The notes under the pieces were generated by a model, which had not been told where the DNA came from, searched no databases, and was given only the letters and a program-made list of their open reading frames with translations. DNA of 64,000 nt from Candidatus Dormiibacterota bacterium (GTDB lineage: Bacteria; Chloroflexota; Dormibacteria; Aeolococcales; Aeolococcaceae), in NCBI GenBank assembly GCA_003153505.1, contig PLZA01000074.1, forward strand, positions 35,908 through 99,907, written 5' to 3'. Of the stretch, positions 1 to 8,966 are shown one piece after another. Positions within the stretch are counted from its first letter, which is position 1, and the number at the start of each line of letters is the position of its first letter. Position numbers and translations under genes: made by a program.

Positions 1-85
1 CGAAGCTGCATGCGCGCGCTCTCCTGCGCAGGGCGGCACGACGGGTAATTGAAGGGATGCTCACCCGCGACGCTCGCGTCGAGAC

Positions 86-874
86 CTAGTTCTGCTCCCA
101 ATCCATCGTGCGCATCCACACGAAGCTGGACTCCGTATCGACGAGAGGGCGGTATTCGAGGCCGACGAAGCCCGCATACCCGAGAACGTCGAGCTCGCGC
201 AGGAAGTCGGCGATGGGCATTGACCCGGTCCCCGGTTCGTGGCGTCCTGGCACGTCGGCGATCTGGACGTGAGCGACGAGCGGGAAATGGGTTCGCAGGC
301 ACTCGAGCGGATCCTCGCCGGCCATCGCCGCGTGGTATTGGTCAAGCTGCAGGCGAACACCCGGATCGTCGACGGCCGCCACCAGCTCGGCGGCTCGGGC
401 TACGGTGCTCGCCCAGTAACCCGGCATGTCGATGTTGTTGATGGCCTCGACGAGCAGCGTGATGCCCGCCTCGTTGACGAGGGGAACTGCCGAGTGGAGA
501 TTCGCCAGCGCAGTGGCGTGCGCCTGGTCGCTGCTCACGCCCGCGGGCGGAACTCCCACCAACGCATTGAGTTTCGAGGTGCCGATTCGGGTTGCGAGCT
601 CGATCGCATCGCGCAGGGTGGTGGCGAATTCCTCCTCACGACCCGGAAGGGCGAGGAGGCCGCGCTCACCGCCCGCCCAGTCGCCGGGCGCGGGATCGAA
701 GACCACCATCTCGAGTTCGAGGTCCTGGAGGGCCTTGGCGAGGCGCTCCTCGTCCAGTTCGTGCGGAAAGAGCATCTCGACGTGCCTGAATCCGTCAGCG
801 GCCGCGGCCTCGAACCGCTGGTACGGGTCGAGGTCCTGCCAGAGCATGGTGAGGTTCGCGGCAAAACGAGGCAC
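86..874 (-). CDS. Hydroxypyruvate isomerase-family TIM-barrel protein (Hyi/OtnI-like)
   Basis: Track ORF 86..1063 trimmed to the in-frame GTG at 874. VPRFAANLTMLWQDL resembles the conserved Hyi N-terminus, and the body looks like a xylose-isomerase-like barrel (HVQIADVPGRHEPGTG). The stop of the upstream gene (TGA, complement of 876-878) lies 1 nt from this start. Confidence 0.8.
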   Translation of the reverse strand: MPRFAANLTMLWQDLDPYQRFEAAAADGFRHVEMLFPHELDEERLAKALQDLELEMVVFDPAPGDWAGGERGLLALPGREEEFATTLRDAIELATRIGTSKLNALVGVPPAGVSSDQAHATALANLHSAVPLVNEAGITLLVEAINNIDMPGYWASTVARAAELVAAVDDPGVRLQLDQYHAAMAGEDPLECLRTHFPLVAHVQIADVPGRHEPGTGSMPIADFLRELDVLGYAGFVGLEYRPLVDTESSFVWMRTMDWEQN

Positions 875-875
875 C

Positions 876-1763
876 TCAGCCGGGGTCCGGACTGGCCGCG
901 CGATCCGCCTCGCGATCCCAGAACTTGACCAGCGCGGACATGTCTTCTTCGGCCCACCCCCTGGCCTTGGCCGCGAGGTAGGACTGTTCGACGAGCCCGC
1001 CGAGGAGCAGCGGCACGCCGGCCGCGCCAGCCTCGCTGTGGATGATCGACAGGTCCTTGGCAATCAATCCGACTGGCGTTGCCGGGCTGAAGTCGCGACC
1101 GCTGAAGCGTGGGAGATTGCGCAGCAGCATCGCGGAGCTGCCGAATGACGTTCCGACCACGTCCCTGACCGTGTCGAGATCGGCGCCAAGACGCACTCCA
1201 AAAGCGGCAGCCTCTGCCGAGGCGAGCGTGTGGACCGCGACCAGGTATTGATTGACGAGCTTGATCGCCTGACCGGCGCCGATCGGTCCGCAGAGGCGGA
1301 TCTTGCCGCCGAACGCCTCGAGGAGGGGGAGCGCCCGGTTGAAGGTCGCGTCGTCGCCGCCGACCATCACGGTCAGCGTGCCGGCCTCCGCCCCGGCCGG
1401 GCCGCCCGACACCGGTGCATCCAGGAACGACGCACCGCGAGCACCGAGGATCTCGGCGCAGTGGCGGTTCAACGCCGGGCTCACCGTCGAATGATCGATG
1501 TACAGCTGACCGGCGCTCGCCACCGCCGACATCGCCTCGAACACCTGCCGCACGGCATCCTCGGTCGGCAAGGCGGTGAGAATCACCTCCGAGACGGTGG
1601 CGAGCTCAGCCGCCACCGGGAGGATAGTCGCCCCCCTCTCCCGGAGCGCCCGCACGCCGGCGTTCTCCGAACGGTTGCAGATCGCAACCTCGTGTCCCGC
1701 GGTGATCAGACGGTCCGCCATCGGCCGGCCCATCTTCCCGATCCCGACGACCCCGACTTTCAT
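876..1763 (-). CDS. NAD(P)-dependent beta-hydroxyacid dehydrogenase (tartronate semialdehyde reductase / 3-hydroxyisobutyrate dehydrogenase / LtnD family)
   Basis: N-terminal Rossmann motif MKVGVVGIGKMGRPMA. Full-length resemblance to the GarR/GlxR/MmsB family. Operonic with the Hyi-like gene. Confidence 0.85.
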   Translation of the reverse strand: MKVGVVGIGKMGRPMADRLITAGHEVAICNRSENAGVRALRERGATILPVAAELATVSEVILTALPTEDAVRQVFEAMSAVASAGQLYIDHSTVSPALNRHCAEILGARGASFLDAPVSGGPAGAEAGTLTVMVGGDDATFNRALPLLEAFGGKIRLCGPIGAGQAIKLVNQYLVAVHTLASAEAAAFGVRLGADLDTVRDVVGTSFGSSAMLLRNLPRFSGRDFSPATPVGLIAKDLSIIHSEAGAAGVPLLLGGLVEQSYLAAKARGWAEEDMSALVKFWDREADRAASPDPG

Positions 1764-1888
1764 GAGAGCCTCAACGGCACGGTGTCCACCACGCCCCGAT
1801 TATCAGGGGTACGTCGTGGCGCGAGGGCTCGGCGTGCGCGCCGCTCGGCAGGCGGTGAAGGTGCGACGATGGATCGCATCGGAGATCG

Positions 1889-2251
1889 GTGACACGGAGG
1901 TCCGAAGTGAGCGCTGCTGTCGATCCGGTGCAGAACCCACAGGCATATCAACGCATGCTCATCGATCTCGTGGGCGAGGACGACCCACTCGCGGTGCAGG
2001 AGGAGACATCGGGCGCGCTCCGCCTCGTCATCGCCGAGGCAGGAGATCTGCTCCGCATCCGACCCGCGACGGACGAATGGTCGGTGCTCGAACTCCTCGG
2101 GCACATGCTCGATGCCGAGATCGTGTCGTCGGCTCGGTACCGCTGGGTGATCGCCGAAGAGCGTCCTCCGCTCACGCCGTATGATCAGGACCGGTGGGTC
2201 GCCGCCCTTGGATACAACGGCGCCGACCCGCTCGAGCTGCTCGCAACCTGA
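1889..2251 (+). CDS. DinB-family protein, apparently disrupted at its C-terminus
   Basis: The DinB_2-like N-terminal half (WSVLELLGHMLDAEIV, YDQDRW) stops at TGA 2249-2251. The expected C-terminal His motif (MFRLLAGHGRFHLDQ) is read in another frame at 2251..2343. The start may instead be GTG 1907, behind a GGAGG. Confidence 0.6.
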   Translation: MTRRSEVSAAVDPVQNPQAYQRMLIDLVGEDDPLAVQEETSGALRLVIAEAGDLLRIRPATDEWSVLELLGHMLDAEIVSSARYRWVIAEERPPLTPYDQDRWVAALGYNGADPLELLAT

Positions 2252-2402
2252 TGTTCCGGCTCCTCGCAGGCCATGGGCGATTTCACCTCGATCAGATGCG
2301 GCGGACTCTCGAGGCGGTGCGCAGACCGTCGCGGCCACAGTAGGCGCGATCCAGCGCGTCCACACACATGCGCCGCGAGCGTGGTGATGCCGATTCGCGT
2401 CC

Positions 2403-5099
2403 CTATCCGGTGTTCTGCAATCCCGCGGCGATGCCGTTCACGGTTAGGAGCAAGAGCTGCTCGAGCCGTCTGCGATCGGCATCAGTCGCATCCCCGCTGC
2501 GCAGGGCGCGGAGCGCTCGAAGCTGCAGGTGGCACAGCGCATCGATATACGGATTGCGCAACTCCACCGCCCAGGAAAGGACGCGGCGCTTCTCGAGCAA
2601 GCGAGACTGGCCGGTCACGGCGAGGATGCGCTCGATGGTGCGGTCGTATTCCGAGAGGATCAGATCGGCGATTCGTGGCTGACCCCCCAGGCGCAGGTAC
2701 TCCGCGGCCATGAACCGGTCGGTCTTCGCAAGGCTCATCTCCGCGTTGTCGATGAGCACGTTGAGCAACGGCCATTCGGCGTACGCGACCCGCAACTCGG
2801 CCAGGTCGGCACCGGCGAGACCGCTCCCCACGCCGTACCACCCCGGAAGATTGAGCCGGATCTGCGACCAGGCGAAGACCCACGGAATCGCGCGGAGTGA
2901 GGCGAGGCTCGGGTCGCCGTCCCGATTCGCCGGACGCGAGCCCAGGTGCATGCGAGCCAGCTCGCGGACCGGCGTGACTTCGGCAAAGTACTCGGCGAAC
3001 CCGTCGCTCTCGATGAGGGTGCGATACGCGGTGAGAGCGGTTGCGTCGAGGGCGCACGCGAGCCCGTCGAAGCGGACTGCGGCCTGCTCCGTGCGCCGGC
3101 GTGTCGCCGTCGTGGACGTGAGGAGCACGGCGGCGGTCACCTGCTCGAGGTGACGTTGGGCGAGGGTCCGGTTGCCGTACCGGGCGAAGATGACCTCGCC
3201 CTGCTCGGTCACCTTGAAACGCCCCGACACCGAGCCGGGCGCCTGTGCCATCACCGCCCGGTTGGCAGGACCGCCTCCGCGCCCGAGGGCACCGCCCCGG
3301 CCATGGAAGAGAGTCAGTCGCACCGACTGTTCTGCTGCCCACGCGGCGAGGTCCGCCTGAGCCTCGTACAGCGCGAGGCTTGCGGTGACGGGGCCGCTCT
3401 CCTTGGCTGAGTCAGAGTACCCAAGCATCACTTCGAGTGCCCGCCCCGTCTCCGCCATCCGCCGGCGGACCGGCTCGAGATCGATCATGGCGTCGAGTGT
3501 CGCGCGCGCGCTGCGGAGGTCGACAATGGTCTCGAAAAGCGGCACGACATCGAGCACTGGCGCGGTGTTGGGCGCGCAGGCCCGCTCCGCGAGGGCGTAG
3601 ACGGCGGCGATGTCCTCCGCGCTGCGGGTGAAGCTCACCACGTAGCGATGGCAGACATGCGTGCCGAAGCGCTGCTGCAGCAACGCGATGGTGCGCAGCG
3701 TTGCCACAACCTCCTGGGTCGCCGACGAGCGCGCCTCGCCGGTGCGGAGCTCCCCAAGCGCGCTGCGGAGCACCGCGCTGTGCTGACGTATCTCGAGGTC
3801 CGCGAGGTGAAAACCGAAGGTCTGCGCCTGCCAGATCAGGTCGTGCAGCTCGCCGTATGCCTGGCGAGGTGCCCCGGCCGCGACCAGCGCACGCTGCAGT
3901 CCGTGGAGGTCGTCGAGCAGCTCGTCCGGCCTCGCGTACGCGAGTGACAGATCGGCTCGACGGGTCGCGCGAAGACGCTCCGAGACGAGCAGGAGAAACT
4001 CGCGATACGGCTCGCCAGGGGAGCGCATGCCAATTGCCAGAGCCCGATCACCCACGACCTCGCGTGTGACTCGGAGCCGGTCGATGAACTGCTCGTCCGG
4101 CGGAGTGGTCAGGACGTCGGCGGTCAACCCGGTGCCGATGCGCGTGGCCACGGCCTCGAGCCCTCGGAGCACGTGCTCGGACTGGATGAGCATGGTCTCG
4201 CGCGTGACATGAGCCGTGATCTGCGGGTTTCCGTCGCGGTCGCCGCCGACCCAGCTGCCGAACCTGAGGAACGCCGGTGCCGGTGGGAGGCGTGCGCCGG
4301 TGTCGGTCGCGTCCAGTGCCGCGCTGAACTCCCGGTACACCGCCGGAACCAGACGGAAGAGCGTCTCGTCGAAGACGCCCATGAGGGTGCGGACCTCGTC
4401 AAGCGGTTGCAATTCCTGAGTCCGCAGTTGCGCGGTTCGCCAGAGCCCGTCGACCTCCTCGAGCAGTCGCCGCCCGGTCCGTGGTGGAGGCGCCTCCGAC
4501 GACTGCAACTCCGCCAGCCGCTCGAGCTGATCACCGACACGCCGCAGTGCGGAGGTCACCGCGCGGCGGCGTGCTTCGGTGGGGTGCGCGGTGAACACTG
4601 GGTGGACTCGCAGGGATGCGAGCAGTGCATCCAGGCCTTCGTCCCCCAGTTCCTCGCGGGCTGTCGCAAGCGCTGCCGAGAGCGCCTCCGCGGGCCCGGT
4701 GACGCCCATCTCCACCTCACGGAGCGCTCGGGCGCGGTAGCGCTCCTCGGCGAGGTTGACGAGGTGGAAGTAGCAGGTGAAGGCACGTGCTACCTGCTCC
4801 GCGCGATCGAGCGACCACGACGCCACCAGCGTGTCAGCGGTTTCGGCAACGCCGCCACGCACATCGTCCTCGGCCCGCGCTCGGATCACCGTTCCCCGCA
4901 AGGCTTCGACGTCGGCGAGGAGCCCCGGCCCGCCATGCTCGGCGATGACGTGCCCCAGCGCGTCACCGACGAGGCGAACCTCCTCGCGGAGGGCGCGCGG
5001 CATCTCCCGCCGCGCCCGGTCGCGGGCGCTTCGTTCGCTCGTCGCAGGTTCGACCGGGACTGCCATGCACGGAGACCATACCGACGCACCCGTCTTCAC
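2403..5099 (-). CDS. ppc: Phosphoenolpyruvate carboxylase
   Basis: Hallmark blocks VFTAHPTE and LGYSDSAKESGP, and the C-terminal ...GLQNTG. About 890 aa. The true start may be the internal ATG at 5066 (MAVPVEP). Confidence 0.95.
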   Translation of the reverse strand: MKTGASVWSPCMAVPVEPATSERSARDRARREMPRALREEVRLVGDALGHVIAEHGGPGLLADVEALRGTVIRARAEDDVRGGVAETADTLVASWSLDRAEQVARAFTCYFHLVNLAEERYRARALREVEMGVTGPAEALSAALATAREELGDEGLDALLASLRVHPVFTAHPTEARRRAVTSALRRVGDQLERLAELQSSEAPPPRTGRRLLEEVDGLWRTAQLRTQELQPLDEVRTLMGVFDETLFRLVPAVYREFSAALDATDTGARLPPAPAFLRFGSWVGGDRDGNPQITAHVTRETMLIQSEHVLRGLEAVATRIGTGLTADVLTTPPDEQFIDRLRVTREVVGDRALAIGMRSPGEPYREFLLLVSERLRATRRADLSLAYARPDELLDDLHGLQRALVAAGAPRQAYGELHDLIWQAQTFGFHLADLEIRQHSAVLRSALGELRTGEARSSATQEVVATLRTIALLQQRFGTHVCHRYVVSFTRSAEDIAAVYALAERACAPNTAPVLDVVPLFETIVDLRSARATLDAMIDLEPVRRRMAETGRALEVMLGYSDSAKESGPVTASLALYEAQADLAAWAAEQSVRLTLFHGRGGALGRGGGPANRAVMAQAPGSVSGRFKVTEQGEVIFARYGNRTLAQRHLEQVTAAVLLTSTTATRRRTEQAAVRFDGLACALDATALTAYRTLIESDGFAEYFAEVTPVRELARMHLGSRPANRDGDPSLASLRAIPWVFAWSQIRLNLPGWYGVGSGLAGADLAELRVAYAEWPLLNVLIDNAEMSLAKTDRFMAAEYLRLGGQPRIADLILSEYDRTIERILAVTGQSRLLEKRRVLSWAVELRNPYIDALCHLQLRALRALRSGDATDADRRRLEQLLLLTVNGIAAGLQNTG

Positions 5100-5168
5100 C
5101 GCAGCGACGGTGCGCCCTTCTGTGTCGGACGAGCGCTCATACGGCGCACCCGTACACTAGCCCCAGTG

Positions 5169-6530
5169 ATGACCAGCGCCCTGCCCGCGACAGTCGGCGT
5201 GGTTGGACTCGGCCGGTTTGGGCGCCTCTGGGTGTCGATGCTGCGGGACGACTTCACGCTCAGAGCGTTCGACTCGGATCCAGGGCAGCGCGACGAAGCC
5301 GCGCGTCAGGGATTGCCCATCAGCTCGTTGGCGGAGACGCTCGCGTCTGATGCGGTCTTCTACTGTGTTCCTATCTCGGCGTTCGAGACGACGATCAAGG
5401 AGCACCTGGCGCTCTTTCACGAGCTCGGCGGCTCGCGCACGCTCATCGACGTCCTCTCAGTGAAAAGACACGCGCGCGACGTATTCCAACGTCACCTGCC
5501 CGCCGGGTATCAGGCGTTGCTGACTCATCCGCTGTTCGGCCCGGACAGCGTCGCGGCGAGCGGTCTGCCGGGCCAGACGATCGTTATCGACGGCTACCGC
5601 ATGGCGCCCGAGACGCTGCACGCATGGAGCGCGTACTTCGAGTCGAAAGGGCTCGTGGTGGTACCGATGTCAGCCGACGAGCACGACCGCCTCGCGGCCG
5701 AGAGTCAGGGCGTCACCCACTTCATCGGTCGAACCCTGGAGCGTTTCGGCTTCACACCGACTCCGATCGACACGCTGGGGACCAGACGGTTGCAGGACGT
5801 GACCTCGCAGGTGAGCAACGACACGTGGCAGCTCTTCGTCGACCTGCAGACACTGAACCCGCACACCAAGTCGATGCGCCTGCGTCTCTCGGAAGCGCAG
5901 GACTCGGTCTTCGACCTGCTGCTCCCGAACCGACTCCACGCCGATCGGATGGTCGTCGGCATCCAGGGAGGGCGAGGCAGCTTCAATGAGGACGCGGCGC
6001 GGTACTACATGAGCCGCACTCCCGATGTGCCGTGCGAGATCGTCTACCTGCACACCACCGAACGCGTCCTGCGCGCGCTCCACGAGGGAGAGGTCGATCG
6101 CGGAGTCTTCGCGATTCACAACTCGGTCGGCGGGATGGTCGGCGAGTCGGTGACCGCGATGGCCCGCTATCGCTTCGCCATCGTGGAAGAGTTCGCGATC
6201 AAGATCTCACACGCGCTGATGATCGCCGGCGGAGCCGACTTCGCCAAGGTCGATACGGTGATGGCGCATCCTCAAGTGCTCCGTCAGTGCCGCACCAACC
6301 TCGAGAAGAAGTACGCGAACCTCCGGCAGACGAGCGGTGAGGGCGATCTCATCGATCAGGCGAAAGTGGCGGAACTGCTCGGCTCAGGCGAGCTTGACGC
6401 GTCGGTCGCGACCATGGGAAGCCGAATGCTTGCCGAGCTCAACGGTCTGCGCGTCGTCGAGGACAACCTCCAGGACCTCGACGAGAACTTCACGAGCTTC
6501 CTGTGGGTGGAGCGTCCCGGCCAGCGTTAG
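5169..6530 (+). CDS. Fusion protein: prephenate/arogenate dehydrogenase (TyrA) N-terminal half plus a prephenate dehydratase (PDT) domain without ACT
   Basis: Track ORF 4173..6530 trimmed to ATG 5169; the upstream part is antisense to ppc. Residues 1 to about 255: VVGLGRFG Rossmann motif and THPLFGP. Residues about 261-453: PDT-like ([49 protein letters not shown]). Confidence 0.85.
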   Translation: MTSALPATVGVVGLGRFGRLWVSMLRDDFTLRAFDSDPGQRDEAARQGLPISSLAETLASDAVFYCVPISAFETTIKEHLALFHELGGSRTLIDVLSVKRHARDVFQRHLPAGYQALLTHPLFGPDSVAASGLPGQTIVIDGYRMAPETLHAWSAYFESKGLVVVPMSADEHDRLAAESQGVTHFIGRTLERFGFTPTPIDTLGTRRLQDVTSQVSNDTWQLFVDLQTLNPHTKSMRLRLSEAQDSVFDLLLPNRLHADRMVVGIQGGRGSFNEDAARYYMSRTPDVPCEIVYLHTTERVLRALHEGEVDRGVFAIHNSVGGMVGESVTAMARYRFAIVEEFAIKISHALMIAGGADFAKVDTVMAHPQVLRQCRTNLEKKYANLRQTSGEGDLIDQAKVAELLGSGELDASVATMGSRMLAELNGLRVVEDNLQDLDENFTSFLWVERPGQR

Positions 6531-8563
6531 GACACCGGAGCGACTGTCTGCAGGCTCCGCATCAACGAGAGGAATTCCGGGAATGACAGGCTCTGCTCAG
6601 CGTCTGAGAGTGCCTTGTCGGGATCGGGGTGCACTTCGATGAGCAGCCCGTGAGCGCCGGCAGCGCGCGCCGCCTTCGCCATCGGGGCGACGTAGGCGCG
6701 GTGACCGGTGCCGTGACTTGGATCGACGATAACGGGAAGGTGTGTCAGCTCGCGAAGCACCGGGATCGCGCAGAGGTCGAGCGTATTGCGCGTGCTCGTC
6801 TCAAAGGTGCGGATGCCTCGTTCGCAGAGCATGACCTGCTGATTGCCGATCGCAAGGATGTACTCCGCCGCACCCAGCCATTCGTCGATGGTGCTCGAGA
6901 GGCCACGCTTGAGCAGGATCGGCCGATCGACCTTGCCAAGCTCGCGGAGCAGGTCGAAGTTCTGCATGTTCCGGGTTCCGACCTGGAGCACGTCGACAAG
7001 CTCTGCCATTCGCCTGACCTGATCGACCGCCATGACCTCGCTGATGATCGGCATGCCGGTCGCCCTGCCGGCCGCGGCCAGCAGTTCGAGGCCCTCCCAA
7101 CCGAGCCCCTGGAATGCGTACGGCGACGTCCTGGGTTTGAACACCCCGCCACGAAGGATCTGTGCGCCGGCCTCGCGAACAGCGCGCGCGGTGGCGTTGA
7201 TCTGGTCGGCCGACTCCACCGAGCACGGTCCTGCCATGACCAGGAAACCGGCACCGCCGATGAGCAGGTTGCCGACCGGAATCACCGTGTCGTCGGACCG
7301 CGCGCCGCGTCCCGCGAGACGGTAGTTCTTCGATGCCTTGGTCGCGGGACGCGGCGGCGCAATCGACTCGGGGACGTCGGTATCGGCGGGCGGGATCAAC
7401 GGGGTGGCATCTCCCGGCTGTGCGTCACCACGGGTGCTGGTTGCGGGATAGCTGCCGAGCACCTTCAAGTGGAGCGCGGTGGAGCGAAGGTCGTCGAGCG
7501 CGTCGGCGGTTCGAGGATCTGCGATGTTGCCCTCGAAATCGATGAAGAACATGTATTCGAACGGCCGCCCGGGACGCGGTCGCGACTCGAGTTTCGTCAT
7601 GGAGTGGCCACTCGCTGCCAGGACGCCGAGCGAGCGCATCAGTGCGCCGTGCTCATGCCGGGCGATCAGGATCAGGCTTGTCTTGCATGGCGCGCTGAGC
7701 TCGACGGCAACCGGATGCCGTGCGAGGACGACGAACCGCGTGTAGTTCTCGGCATGGTTGGCGATCCCGCGACGAAGCACGACCAGCCCATGCGCCGCCG
7801 CCGCCTCGGCCGCCCCGATGGCAACGTGCGTTGCATCACCGCCGGCCTGCACGAGACGCATCGCGGCGCCGGTGTCGAAGTGCAATATCTGCGATGCGTT
7901 GGGGAGCGTCTGGAGGAATCGGGAGCACTGCTCGAGACCGTCGACCGCCGCCAGCACCTGACTGATCGCGCCGAGCGGAAGATCGCTGACCCCGCACAGG
8001 CAGTAGTCGACGCTCGAAGTCTCCTCACCGACGATCGAGACCTCGTTCTCACGGAGCAGATCGTAGGTCTCGTCGACGCTCCCGGCCGCGGTGTTCTCGA
8101 TGGGCAGCACAGCCAGGTCGACCTCGCCTGCCTTCAACGCATCGACGGCAGCCTGGTAGGAAGGTGTCACGACCAGCTCGCCATCGACGTCGCGCGCCGA
8201 AAGATACTTCTGGGCGGCGAGAAAGCCAAAGGAGTGCTCACCGCGCACGGCGACCCGGAGCGCAACCTCGCGTTGCACGCCCGAGCGGCTGGAAACCTGC
8301 CTGCTCACCGATTCCGCCAGGAGATCACGGTAGATCCGGCGCACCAGGTTGACCGGCGCACCTTGCGTCCTTGCGACGTGCTCCACCGCCGCAAGGACCT
8401 GGCGCTCACGCTCGGAGTCGCGGATGGTCGCGTCGGATGCCGCCTTTTCGCGGGCGACGTCGACAACCACCCGGAATCGCTCCGCGATCAGCGCAACGAT
8501 CCGCTGGTCGAGATCGTTGACGCGATTGCGGAGGGAGAGGAGTTCAGCGTCCGGTTCAGGCAC
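6527..8563 (-). CDS. Four-domain fusion: chorismate mutase (AroQ) - prephenate dehydratase - ACT - class I-beta DAHP synthase
   Basis: aa 1 to about 90: CM_2-like helix bundle ([20 protein letters not shown]). aa about 100-285: PDT ([19 protein letters not shown]). aa about 295-372: ACT ([22 protein letters not shown]). aa 373-425: Pro-rich linker. aa about 426-678: DAHPS/KDO8PS fold ([28 protein letters not shown]). Confidence 0.9.
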   Translation of the reverse strand: MPEPDAELLSLRNRVNDLDQRIVALIAERFRVVVDVAREKAASDATIRDSERERQVLAAVEHVARTQGAPVNLVRRIYRDLLAESVSRQVSSRSGVQREVALRVAVRGEHSFGFLAAQKYLSARDVDGELVVTPSYQAAVDALKAGEVDLAVLPIENTAAGSVDETYDLLRENEVSIVGEETSSVDYCLCGVSDLPLGAISQVLAAVDGLEQCSRFLQTLPNASQILHFDTGAAMRLVQAGGDATHVAIGAAEAAAAHGLVVLRRGIANHAENYTRFVVLARHPVAVELSAPCKTSLILIARHEHGALMRSLGVLAASGHSMTKLESRPRPGRPFEYMFFIDFEGNIADPRTADALDDLRSTALHLKVLGSYPATSTRGDAQPGDATPLIPPADTDVPESIAPPRPATKASKNYRLAGRGARSDDTVIPVGNLLIGGAGFLVMAGPCSVESADQINATARAVREAGAQILRGGVFKPRTSPYAFQGLGWEGLELLAAAGRATGMPIISEVMAVDQVRRMAELVDVLQVGTRNMQNFDLLRELGKVDRPILLKRGLSSTIDEWLGAAEYILAIGNQQVMLCERGIRTFETSTRNTLDLCAIPVLRELTHLPVIVDPSHGTGHRAYVAPMAKAARAAGAHGLLIEVHPDPDKALSDAEQSLSFPEFLSLMRSLQTVAPVS

Positions 8564-8743
8564 GCGCGAAGTCTACGGACGAAGCCGGGGCGCCGGCTGC
8601 GGCGATCCTCTGGAGCTCCAGATCGCCCGGGGCCCTTCAGGGGGATCAGAGAGCGAAGGAACGGACATGCACCGTAGGATGGCGGCGAATCCGCTCGTGG
8701 GGCGGCGCACCAGAGCCGCACCACCGCCCAAGGAGACAGTCAG

Positions 8744-8854
8744 ATGCTCGCGTTCACCGTTTTCGGAACCAAGGAGATCATCGCCTACGTGGTCGTGGTG
8801 ATCGTGCTGATCATCATCGGCTGGTATCTCATGCGAGGACGTTCTCGGGCGTAA
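8744..8854 (+). CDS. Small (36 aa) single-pass membrane peptide, unannotatable
   Basis: Below the track cutoff. AAGGAG at 8730-8735, an 8-nt spacer, then ATG. Product: MLAFTVFGTKEIIAYVVVVIVLIIIGWYLMRGRSRA, a hydrophobic helix plus a basic tail. A GC hairpin GGTCGC-CGGC-GCGACC (8859-8874) follows the stop. Confidence 0.5.
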   Translation: MLAFTVFGTKEIIAYVVVVIVLIIIGWYLMRGRSRA

Positions 8855-8966
8855 CGCGGGTCGCCGGCGCGACCGCCGTCAGGCGGCCGCTGAAACCGCG
8901 ACCGTCTGTCTCTGTCCGGGTGCTGGCTGTCATGTGGCGCCATGATCGGAGTCCGGTGAGACGGAG

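Noticed and set aside
1-64. Possible 5-prime end of a minus-strand gene starting at GTG 64 (VSIPSITRRAALRRRA, twin-arginine-like)
   Set aside because: Only 21 codons are visible before the window edge, too little to support a call.
4173-5168. 332-codon N-terminal extension of the TyrA-PDT ORF
   Set aside because: This part lies antisense to ppc and has junk-like composition. The Rossmann motif of TyrA begins right after ATG 5169.
6629-8677. 682-aa ORF on the + strand
   Set aside because: It is antisense to the clearly recognisable CM-PDT-ACT-DAHPS gene. The translation is Arg/Gly/Asp-rich with no motifs, a typical high-G+C shadow ORF.
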